This document shows, piece after piece, positions 1-7,752 of a DNA stretch of 61,116 nt (position 1 is the first letter of the stretch; every line of letters begins with the position of its first letter). Source of the stretch: Nitrosopumilaceae archaeon (lineage in GTDB: Archaea > Thermoproteota > Nitrososphaeria > Nitrososphaerales > Nitrosopumilaceae); the NCBI GenBank assembly GCA_052390375.1, contig JBQTHA010000002.1:1-61116 (forward strand), written 5' to 3'. Under the pieces are notes generated by a model that was given only the letters and a program-made list of their open reading frames with translations, was not told where the DNA came from and did not search any database. Position numbers and translations under genes: made by a program.

Positions 1-1
1 A

Positions 2-265
2 ACTGCAAGTGGAATAATTATTGGATGGGTTTATTTCAAACATGGACTTGTTTCGGCAATTCTGGTTCATTGGTCAACAAATTATTTTATTTTTTCATAT
101 GTGAATTTCCTTGCTGAGATAAATGAAATTACAGTAAAAAATGCTTTTTCTCATTCACTAACTAATAGTTTGGAGATTCTATTTGTCATCACAGGAGTTT
201 TATCAATTGTGTTAATAATTGTAAATTATCTGAATTTGAAAAAGGAAAAAAACTTAGAGATTTAG
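2..265 (+). CDS. 3' end of a CPBP-family (CAAX/Abi-like) intramembrane protease, truncated by the window edge
   Basis: Frame 2 is open from the window edge to TAG at 263-265. It translates to ..GIIIGWVYFKHGLVSAILVHWSTNYFIF.., hydrophobic with an H..N motif like the last CPBP motif. Absent from the ORF track because it has no start. Confidence 0.5.
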   Translation, partial: TASGIIIGWVYFKHGLVSAILVHWSTNYFIFSYVNFLAEINEITVKNAFSHSLTNSLEILFVITGVLSIVLIIVNYLNLKKEKNLEI

Positions 266-1165
266 AGATATTTTGAGTCCTTTGTATCTGTTTCTTATAG
301 TTACTTCTGTAACACCTGCAGCTTCTGCAACATCTCGTTGTGTCTTGTTTTCTCCATTTGTTACACACGCTACATAAAGAGCTGCAGCTGCAAGACCCAT
401 AGGATCCTTTCCTGCTGAAATTTTAATTTCTTCAGCAGTTTTTAGAATTTTTGTGGCTTCACGTTTTGTCTTTTCTGACAAGCCTGCCTTACTTGCAATT
501 CTTGCAATACATTTTATTGGATCTACAACTGGCATCTTTAAGCCAAGCTCTCTTAGTAATAATCTATAACATCGCGCAATATCTTTTCTTTTAATGTTAC
601 TTGAGTGTCCGATGTCTTTTAGGGTTCTTGGAGTTTCAGTATCACGACAGGCAGCATAAAGTGACGCTGCGATTAATGCAGAAATTGATCTTCCACGAAC
701 TAGACCTTTATCTAATGCTTTTCTGTAAATATATGCAGCTTTTTCAACTACTGCGTCACCAACAGCTAGTTTATCTTTGAGTCGATCAAGTTCACTAAAT
801 GCTTGCCTAAAGTTTCTATCAATTGGTTCATGAACTTGGCTTCTACTATCCCAAGTTCTAAGACGCTCAATTGTACTTCTCATTGATGCCGAAAGTGGTT
901 TTCCAGTTGCATCTCTATCGGTTGGTCCTATAATAGTGGCAAGTCCCATATCATGCATTGCAAGGGATGTTGGAACACCAGCACGGCTTCGACCTTCATG
1001 TTCTTCTTTTGAGAAAGAACGCCACTCAGGCCCAGATTCCACTGATTGATCTGTTAAAACATATCCACACTTTCCACAAAAATTCTCTCCTGTATTAGTG
1101 TCAGTAACTAGAGTGCCTTTTCCACATCTAGGGCATCTATCTTTTGGATTAGTACCTTTTACCAT
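254..1165 (-). CDS. tfb: Transcription initiation factor IIB (TFB)
   Basis: N-terminal zinc ribbon CPRCG..x..CGKCG followed by two cyclin-like repeats; 303 aa is typical of archaeal TFB. Confidence 0.95.
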   Translation of the reverse strand: MVKGTNPKDRCPRCGKGTLVTDTNTGENFCGKCGYVLTDQSVESGPEWRSFSKEEHEGRSRAGVPTSLAMHDMGLATIIGPTDRDATGKPLSASMRSTIERLRTWDSRSQVHEPIDRNFRQAFSELDRLKDKLAVGDAVVEKAAYIYRKALDKGLVRGRSISALIAASLYAACRDTETPRTLKDIGHSSNIKRKDIARCYRLLLRELGLKMPVVDPIKCIARIASKAGLSEKTKREATKILKTAEEIKISAGKDPMGLAAAALYVACVTNGENKTQRDVAEAAGVTEVTIRNRYKGLKISLNL

Positions 1166-1254
1166 ATCAACAACATCTCGCCGTTTCGAAAATTCTCGTA
1201 TTTATACATTGCTGTACAGTTACTTATATACTTATAGATGAGTTTACTAATAAG

Positions 1255-1884
1255 TTAGGAAATTTTACCGATTTTACTACTGATAGTGGGTTTTTCATTT
1301 TGTGAGAGAAAAAATTCCAGATCCTCCTGATTATCAATATCTAACATAATTCTTCGTAAAAGAACAAGAGAGGTATTTGATGTAAGGGATTTTCCTACTT
1401 CCAGATGAATCTTATAGCTATCTTCATCATAATGAGTTTCCATTAAATTTACTGGCATTCTAAGTAATGCGTTAGTTCCATCAAACCTCCGAGAAGGAAC
1501 AACTAAAACAGACTTGGGGGACTTTTGAAATCGAATTAAATTTTCAATGTCTTCAGGCTTCATAAATGGTATGTCTTGTGGAAAAACAATTGATGTATCA
1601 CATCCAATATTTTCAAGATAGTTATCTGCAAGAGATACTGCGTGGTTCACCCCAGACTCATCATTATCAAAAATTTCTTGCACACCAAATCTTTTAGTTA
1701 GTTTTAAAGCTGTTTCATCTTTTGAAACAACAACAATTTTTTCAAAAATTTTAGATTTTGATATGGTCTCAACAACTTCTTGTAACATGATTCTACAAAG
1801 ATCCTCTTTTTGATTAGATGATAAGTTTAATCTTGTTTTTGCTTTAGAAAATGTCTTAACTGGGATAATAGCCGCAATTTTCAA
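1255..1884 (-). CDS. cofC: 2-phospho-L-lactate guanylyltransferase (F420 biosynthesis)
   Basis: N-terminus IIPVKTFSKAKTRL is typical of CofC; about 209 aa; lies immediately downstream of cofD with a 1-nt gap. Confidence 0.8.
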   Translation of the reverse strand: MKIAAIIPVKTFSKAKTRLNLSSNQKEDLCRIMLQEVVETISKSKIFEKIVVVSKDETALKLTKRFGVQEIFDNDESGVNHAVSLADNYLENIGCDTSIVFPQDIPFMKPEDIENLIRFQKSPKSVLVVPSRRFDGTNALLRMPVNLMETHYDEDSYKIHLEVGKSLTSNTSLVLLRRIMLDIDNQEDLEFFLSQNEKPTISSKIGKIS

Positions 1885-1885
1885 A

Positions 1886-2806
1886 TTATACGTGGATTTG
1901 TTTTAATACAAATGAAGCTAATGCTTGCTCGTCACTTTTGTTTGTCATTTTTAATTTTGCATCATATACTTTCATACCCAAGCTTTCAATTTGCTTTGTA
2001 AGTCCCTTGTCTTTAGTATCTATAACAATATTAGAGCAAACATCAGAATACATCTTTGCCAACCCATAGGAGGAAACCTCTATTCCTGCAGCTTGCATGT
2101 ATTTTGCAGCTGGTCCACTAAATGCTTTATCTCCAATTAAAGGACTGACAGCAATTACTTTCTTTTTGATTTTTGACAACTCTTTTCTAACTCCTTTAAT
2201 TGACAACATAGGACCAATACTTGTTAACGGATTACCTGGAGCAATGATAACTCGTTCTGAATCATGCATTGCATTAATTGCCTCAGGATTGGGACGAGCT
2301 TTATCTGCTCCAATGTATTGGATTCCTTCAACCTCATCTTTTCCTCTATATTTCACCCAATATTCTTGGAGATGAACTTCTCCTTTGTTAGTAGTAATTC
2401 TAGTCTCCAAACTATTGTCTGTTACAGGAATTACCTTTGCTTCAACTGCAAATTTTTCACACATCCATTTTGTTATATCACTTAGGTTTTTTCCATTTTT
2501 TAGCATATTAGTTCTCATCAGATGTGTTGCAGCATCTCTATCACCAATTCTAAACCAAGTTTCTTCTCCAAAAATCTCCATTTGTCTTAAGAATCCAAAG
2601 GTATCTTTCGTAATTCCCCAGCCCCTATCATAATCTAGAAGGTCTGCTAGTCCATAGATAATGGTGTCAATATCAGGACATAGATACATTCCATATAACC
2701 AATAGTTATCGCCTACATTGCTGATAACATTCACATCAGAGTATTGCGAAACTATCCCTCGTACTAATTTGACCGATCCTGTTCCTCCAGCAAGTATTGT
2801 TATCAT
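1886..2806 (-). CDS. cofD: LPPG:FO 2-phospho-L-lactate transferase (F420 biosynthesis)
   Basis: CofD/UPF0052-like N-terminus ILAGGTGSVKLVRG; 306 aa; adjacent to cofC. Confidence 0.85.
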   Translation of the reverse strand: MITILAGGTGSVKLVRGIVSQYSDVNVISNVGDNYWLYGMYLCPDIDTIIYGLADLLDYDRGWGITKDTFGFLRQMEIFGEETWFRIGDRDAATHLMRTNMLKNGKNLSDITKWMCEKFAVEAKVIPVTDNSLETRITTNKGEVHLQEYWVKYRGKDEVEGIQYIGADKARPNPEAINAMHDSERVIIAPGNPLTSIGPMLSIKGVRKELSKIKKKVIAVSPLIGDKAFSGPAAKYMQAAGIEVSSYGLAKMYSDVCSNIVIDTKDKGLTKQIESLGMKVYDAKLKMTNKSDEQALASFVLKQIHV

Positions 2807-2928
2807 ATTTTTCAGCTCTAAAACTACTAATCAATGAAATTATGGCTCAATATTACTTTTTCAATAGAACTCCAGAATTATGAATCAAGACAAGTTTTTT
2901 ATTGTGGCTAAAGCGATCACATTTCGTG

Positions 2929-4185
2929 ATGAGATCATCAATTTTAATCGTCTTTTTTATAGGTCTTTTAATTATTGGTAGTAGCACATCAGCCTTTGGT
3001 GCACAACTTGAAGCAAGAATAGTACCTGATGCTGAATCGGCTAAAATTAAGATTATTTTCCAAAGAAATATTTTCATAGATTATCAAAATGGTGGAGATC
3101 TTGCAAACGAATTAAAAACAAAAACGTGGAAGGTTAATGTTCAAGCAGATTCTTCCGACCCAGCAGTTCAAGATTTGATAAATAAATTGAATCAAAAAAT
3201 AAAAAACGATGGAAGTTCTGCTCAAATAACGGATTTGGGTGTAGAGTATAGTGCAGAACTAATAGGTAGAGAGACAAATACATCCATAGATTACAAGATA
3301 GTTTTAACGCCTACATTATCACACTATAATATTCGTAAATATTCTTCTAACAATCCATCGCTAGTAGATATGGGTTGGAGAGGCCTAAGTGTTATTGCAC
3401 CAATAACAATTGATGGGGCAGAAATTAACATGCCTATTTCTGTTTTAAAATCTAAAGAGCCTGCAGCATATGAGATTATTGCGGGAACAGAAGGAGAATC
3501 TCTTCTTTCACAAAATATTATGAATGCTGACGGAATAAGAGACCAACCCCTTGGGAACTGGCACGATTTGTTTGACCCAACTGGAATTAATGTTGATGCA
3601 AGTACATTTGGATTAGATGAATCCATTTCAGGTTTCGTTGTGCATACTTTTACAATGGGGGAAAGTAGTATCAGAGAAGGAAGACAAGTAGAAAAAGAAT
3701 TCGAGGTGACATTTACAAAAGATGTGGAATACACAATTAGAGCAGTAGAATCAGCAGATTCAGCAACTATTGCTGTAATTGGTTTTGCTGCAATAGATAA
3801 TTTAGGTGGTGCTGAAGTGTTGGGTGTTACTCCAACGGCTCCTACGAATTATGGGGAAACTACAGGAGGGGGATTTCCAATAATGATAATTTATGGAATG
3901 GCAGCAATGGCAGGAATTGGAGCAGTTGCAGTTTTGATTTTTAGTAGCAGAAAGCTAAAGGCAGAGGAAGGACAAGGCCAACGAGGTATTGACCCATCAC
4001 AATTGCAAAGCTATGCAACCAGTGCTTCTTCTGGTGGATATCAAACTGTTCGAGGTGAAGCACAACTGAAAGGTGACCAATCTTATGAACAAACCAGAAG
4101 CGTATATGAACAAGAAAAGAGAGAAGAGCCTGAAAGTAATTCTAGTACAAAAGGTTCCATGCCAAAGGGTTGGAAACCATCTTAA
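2929..4185 (+). CDS. Hypothetical extracellular protein with a signal peptide, one C-terminal TM helix and a cytoplasmic S/G/Q-rich tail
   Basis: The ATG at 2929 gives MRSSILIVFFIGLLIIGSSTSAFGA, which is signal-like. The track start at 2902 is TTG. TM helix FPIMIIYGMAAMAGIGAVAVLIF lies near the C-terminus. No family recognised. Confidence 0.6.
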   Translation: MRSSILIVFFIGLLIIGSSTSAFGAQLEARIVPDAESAKIKIIFQRNIFIDYQNGGDLANELKTKTWKVNVQADSSDPAVQDLINKLNQKIKNDGSSAQITDLGVEYSAELIGRETNTSIDYKIVLTPTLSHYNIRKYSSNNPSLVDMGWRGLSVIAPITIDGAEINMPISVLKSKEPAAYEIIAGTEGESLLSQNIMNADGIRDQPLGNWHDLFDPTGINVDASTFGLDESISGFVVHTFTMGESSIREGRQVEKEFEVTFTKDVEYTIRAVESADSATIAVIGFAAIDNLGGAEVLGVTPTAPTNYGETTGGGFPIMIIYGMAAMAGIGAVAVLIFSSRKLKAEEGQGQRGIDPSQLQSYATSASSGGYQTVRGEAQLKGDQSYEQTRSVYEQEKREEPESNSSTKGSMPKGWKPS

Positions 4186-4188
4186 TGT

Positions 4189-4471
4189 GTGCGTGCTGGC
4201 CGTAACCCTCCTTCTGTTTTAACGATATTTCGCTTTGCAGCCTACCTGAACCAAGTGCAGGATCCTAAGGTTCTGTTTGGCCTTGCTCCATGTGGGTCAG
4301 CTCTTTCATTCCTTCTCTAGAAACCTCAGGTTTTGCCATCATCGTACGCTAGGTCGGATTAATTTCTATTCTGTTGCCAGTCATCTCTGACTATCCGTCG
4401 CCGGAACACATTTCCTGCATGGAGGGAGGAGTTTCCTCTGCCGTAGCAGCATCTCGTCCACCAGCTCGCAC
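4189..4471 (-). ncRNA. rnpB: RNase P RNA (archaeal type)
   Basis: About 285-nt G+C-rich island with no ORF in an AT-rich context. On the minus strand, the 5' GUGCGAGCUGG pairs with the 3' CCAGCACGCAC (a P1-like helix with 1 mismatch). GAGGAAACUCC resembles the universal CR-I GAGGAAAGUCC. There are two ACAGAA motifs, and CCCUCC / GGAGGG form a long-range pairing. Confidence 0.75.
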
Positions 4472-4526
4472 CTGCAAATAGAAAATGAAAATTTCTATTT
4501 TAATATTGTTAAGACTAGTGATGCAG

Positions 4527-6911
4527 TCATATTTTGGACGTAAAATAGTCTTCATCAGAACGAGTTTTTGCCCTTTTTGTTTTAATAAAAAAGATTAGTC
4601 TTAACGCATCCAAATACATTCTATAGATAACACGATTTTCTCTTAGTCGTGGTGCAATTGCGTTCCAGAAATACCTAGCTTGGATTCCAGATAATCTAGA
4701 GTCACGTATTACAAATACGGTATTAGAAGATTTTTCCACCACTTCCATTGTTTTTGGACTAAATGCTTGATCAGATTGATTTCCTGCTCCAACAATTATC
4801 ATTTCAGGTTTTCCGCTGGCAAAATTTTGAAGTAAACTAGGTATTACATTGCCTGGGTGTGGATAAACTCTTTCAACTGGGATTTTTTTCATATCAAGAT
4901 CAAACATCTTTTCATTAATTATTCCTAAAATATCTCGTTCTTCTTCTGGGGATTCAACAATACTTCTAACAATTCGAACTTTGCTGTTTAATGATTTTGA
5001 AAGCGAGTTTGCCATTTCTAATCCTAAATTTGAATGTCGGCCTTTATCATACGATACAACAATATTTTGTAACTCATTATCAAAATTTTGTCTGATGTTA
5101 ACTCCAATAATATCACATGTTGTAAGTGATAGTAACTTCCTATTACTACGTAGGCTACGAAAATCCATTATGAGTAGATTAATTCCCTGTTCTTCAACTG
5201 TTGCAATTATAGCTTCAGTGGTATCATGTGAAAGCCTGACCAGATATCTATGTTCATCTGAGTTTGGTAGTATTTTTTTTAATTCGTCAAAGTATTTCGT
5301 AGCAGGTTCGGCGAGAGTCTGTGCTGATGAAAGTGATACCTGTATTGGAATTGTAACTACATTGAGAAATGAAATTTCGCCTTGTTTGTCCTGTGCTAAA
5401 GCTAAACCTATTTTTGCTAGTTTTTCTGTGGTGTCATGTTCAGCAATAATCATTATACGATAGTCTTGTCGCTGAGATGGGCCTTCACTTGCCACTAACG
5501 GTGCATAATGCTCAATCTCTTTTTTGGAGATATATAATTTGTAAATTGAAAAGCCAATCAATATCCATACAATAGCAATTACCCAGCTCAGGGGATTGTA
5601 AATAAGAAGAAAAATTGCGAGCCCAATCTTACAAGCTATACCGATAATTGGCATTAGTGGAAACAATGGAGTTTTGAATCCATAGTCAAGATTGTGGCTG
5701 TAAAGTCTCCTAATTGTAATACCTGCCCAATTGACTTGTGTGAATAGAAATATGAACATTACACCTGCGGCAAGTGCAAGCTGCTCAATTGGAAGCCACA
5801 CTGCCATTACAAGCATGATAAAACCAGATACTACTGTTGCAAAGTGAGGAGTATGATGTCTAGGATGAATAGAGCTGAAAATGTAAGGAAGGTTATACTG
5901 CCTTCCCATGGCAAATGAGACTCTACTTGAAGAAAATGTGGTAGCACTCAGCGCAGCAACGGTTGACACCAGCCCCCCAACTAGGACTAATAACATCCCA
6001 AATGGGAGTAGAAAATTTGCAGCTTGTGCAATTCCTAGTTCATTATAATCACTTATGAATTGCCAAGCATCTTTGCCAATTGTTGATGAATTCAATCCGC
6101 CAAGAAAAGCGAAAGTAAAAACTATGTAAAGTGTGGTAACAACTCCAAGCGCAATGAAAATTGCTTTTGGAATGTTTCTCTTTGGATTTTTTACTTCTTC
6201 TCCAGCTTGTACAATTATTTCATAGCCTTCAAAAGCTATGAACATAATTCCCATTCCTAGAATCAATCCAACTGCACCTTTTGGAATAAAATCCTGAAAG
6301 TTTGTCATCCAAGTGGGATTTGTAAAACCTAGTGAAAAAAGACCAGCAGTGATAAGTACAACAATAAGTGCAAGTTGGATAAATGTCAGTCCATTTCCAA
6401 CTTTGCCGGTAATTGAAACTCCCCTGTAATTCACATAGGTGAAAATTATTATCGAAAGTACGGCAATAATCTTTTCAAGTGCGACGCCAGCATATTCTGA
6501 TGGGACTCCAAGGGTGATAAGCAAGCTTCCAAAAAAGGAACCAAATGATACCGCATACAGACTTCCTGCAATCATGTGAGCAAACCACGCCGTCCAACCA
6601 CTTAGAAACGCGTTTGGCCTTGGTAGCCCCTCTTTTACCCATCTATAACCTCCACCTGCTTCTGGAAATGCAGATCCTAACTCTGCATAGGTTAATGCAG
6701 TAAAGAAGCTGATTATTCCACAAAATACAAAGGCGATCAGCAGTGCAGGACCTGCTTCACTCATGGCTGGACCTATAAGAATAAAGATAGAGCCGCCAAT
6801 CATTGCAGCAATTCCAACCATTGTTATGTCAAGTAAAGAAAGACTTCTGACTAGACCTGACGATGACTTTTCATTAAACAATCCTACCCGTGTGGAAAAA
6901 AAACCGCGCAT
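4527..6911 (-). CDS. APC-family amino acid/polyamine permease fused to two C-terminal universal stress protein (Usp) domains
   Basis: About 470 aa of polytopic APC-like membrane domain, then two Usp-like alpha/beta modules (..YRIMIIAEHD.., ..PEMIIVGAGNQS..). Confidence 0.85.
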   Translation of the reverse strand: MRGFFSTRVGLFNEKSSSGLVRSLSLLDITMVGIAAMIGGSIFILIGPAMSEAGPALLIAFVFCGIISFFTALTYAELGSAFPEAGGGYRWVKEGLPRPNAFLSGWTAWFAHMIAGSLYAVSFGSFFGSLLITLGVPSEYAGVALEKIIAVLSIIIFTYVNYRGVSITGKVGNGLTFIQLALIVVLITAGLFSLGFTNPTWMTNFQDFIPKGAVGLILGMGIMFIAFEGYEIIVQAGEEVKNPKRNIPKAIFIALGVVTTLYIVFTFAFLGGLNSSTIGKDAWQFISDYNELGIAQAANFLLPFGMLLVLVGGLVSTVAALSATTFSSSRVSFAMGRQYNLPYIFSSIHPRHHTPHFATVVSGFIMLVMAVWLPIEQLALAAGVMFIFLFTQVNWAGITIRRLYSHNLDYGFKTPLFPLMPIIGIACKIGLAIFLLIYNPLSWVIAIVWILIGFSIYKLYISKKEIEHYAPLVASEGPSQRQDYRIMIIAEHDTTEKLAKIGLALAQDKQGEISFLNVVTIPIQVSLSSAQTLAEPATKYFDELKKILPNSDEHRYLVRLSHDTTEAIIATVEEQGINLLIMDFRSLRSNRKLLSLTTCDIIGVNIRQNFDNELQNIVVSYDKGRHSNLGLEMANSLSKSLNSKVRIVRSIVESPEEERDILGIINEKMFDLDMKKIPVERVYPHPGNVIPSLLQNFASGKPEMIIVGAGNQSDQAFSPKTMEVVEKSSNTVFVIRDSRLSGIQARYFWNAIAPRLRENRVIYRMYLDALRLIFFIKTKRAKTRSDEDYFTSKI

Positions 6912-6997
6912 AAATCTTTAATGGTAAATCATAGTCATAGATTAGATAGTGTCTTCATATGAAGAATTAACTTATAATCGATCTTTTATGCAGATTT

Positions 6998-7132
6998 CTA
7001 TTTCGTAATTAGCTTATGACATTCACAAAGACAAGAACCAATAATGCATCTATGTTTTTTACAGTCAAGACAACGTTTACTCCTACCTGTTTTCATTCGT
7101 AGTTCTTCAATTCGTCTTGCTTTTTCACTCAT
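6998..7132 (-). CDS. Small Cys-rich protein (44 aa), hypothetical
   Basis: Hand translation gives MSEKARRIEELRMKTGRSKRCLDCKKHRCIIGSCLCECHKLITK. ATG start, TAG stop; below the ORF-track size cutoff. Confidence 0.35.
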   Translation of the reverse strand: MSEKARRIEELRMKTGRSKRCLDCKKHRCIIGSCLCECHKLITK

Positions 7133-7224
7133 GATTCATTAAATAACCTAAAGCTTTTAGTTATGATTTCCTATTTTCACTCAGATTATTCTCATTTAGT
7201 TCCTAAATTTGTTAGAAATAACGA

Positions 7225-7719
7225 CTAAAAAGGTATTTTGTATTCTTTGAGGATAGAGCTAATTTCATCTTCTGATTCTAGTTTTGAATAGTCTTCTAGC
7301 AAATTTTTGTTTAGATCTAGAAAGGTATGACCCCATTTGAATTTGTCAAGTAGTTTCAAGCCCAGTTCCTCGTAACCCAAAATAAATAATGTAGCTGATA
7401 TTGCCTCAACGGTTGTAAGTTTATCAAGCGTTGAATAATTAATTGGATTGCCGGCAAAAAGAGGAGGAAGCTTTCTATGAATTCCAGAAAATTTTGTAGT
7501 AAATGCTTGATCAGCTAGATTCCATGAACAATCAATCGCAGTAACAGAACCTACAAGTTTCTTATCTGGTGCCAGTAGAGTTTTTTTTGCAAAAGGATCT
7601 AAAACTAAAGTTTTTTCAGTTGTTTTTTTTACATTTTTTGCCAATCCAAATTTTACAAGCTTAGCTGCAGTGCATTTGGTTGGATCATCCTGTTTTAACA
7701 TCACAAATTGAATTTGCAT
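7225..7719 (-). CDS. tsr3: 16S rRNA aminocarboxypropyltransferase Tsr3 (ribosome biogenesis)
   Basis: Motif DDPTKCTAAKL and the 164-aa size are typical of Tsr3/DUF367. Confidence 0.85.
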   Translation of the reverse strand: MQIQFVMLKQDDPTKCTAAKLVKFGLAKNVKKTTEKTLVLDPFAKKTLLAPDKKLVGSVTAIDCSWNLADQAFTTKFSGIHRKLPPLFAGNPINYSTLDKLTTVEAISATLFILGYEELGLKLLDKFKWGHTFLDLNKNLLEDYSKLESEDEISSILKEYKIPF

Positions 7720-7752
7720 TATGCGATTCTAAAATAATGTGCTTATTTGAGC

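Noticed and set aside
2097-2633. Three plus-strand ORFs (92, 73 and 82 aa) antisense to cofD
   Set aside because: They lie entirely inside a well-supported cofD gene and have low-complexity F/L/S-rich translations typical of antisense frames in AT-rich DNA.
3880-3960. PGF-CTERM/archaeosortase sorting signal in the 2929..4185 protein (GGGFPIMII.. TM helix)
   Set aside because: The TM helix is followed by an approximately 80-aa cytoplasmic tail instead of a short basic C-terminus, and the motif is GFP rather than PGF.
4189-4471. SRP (7S) RNA as an alternative identity for the G+C-rich island
   Set aside because: I could not find the helix-8 and Alu-domain motifs I would expect in an SRP RNA. 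By contrast, a CR-I-like GAGGAAACUCC and ACAGAA elements fit RNase P. A covariance-model check is still needed.
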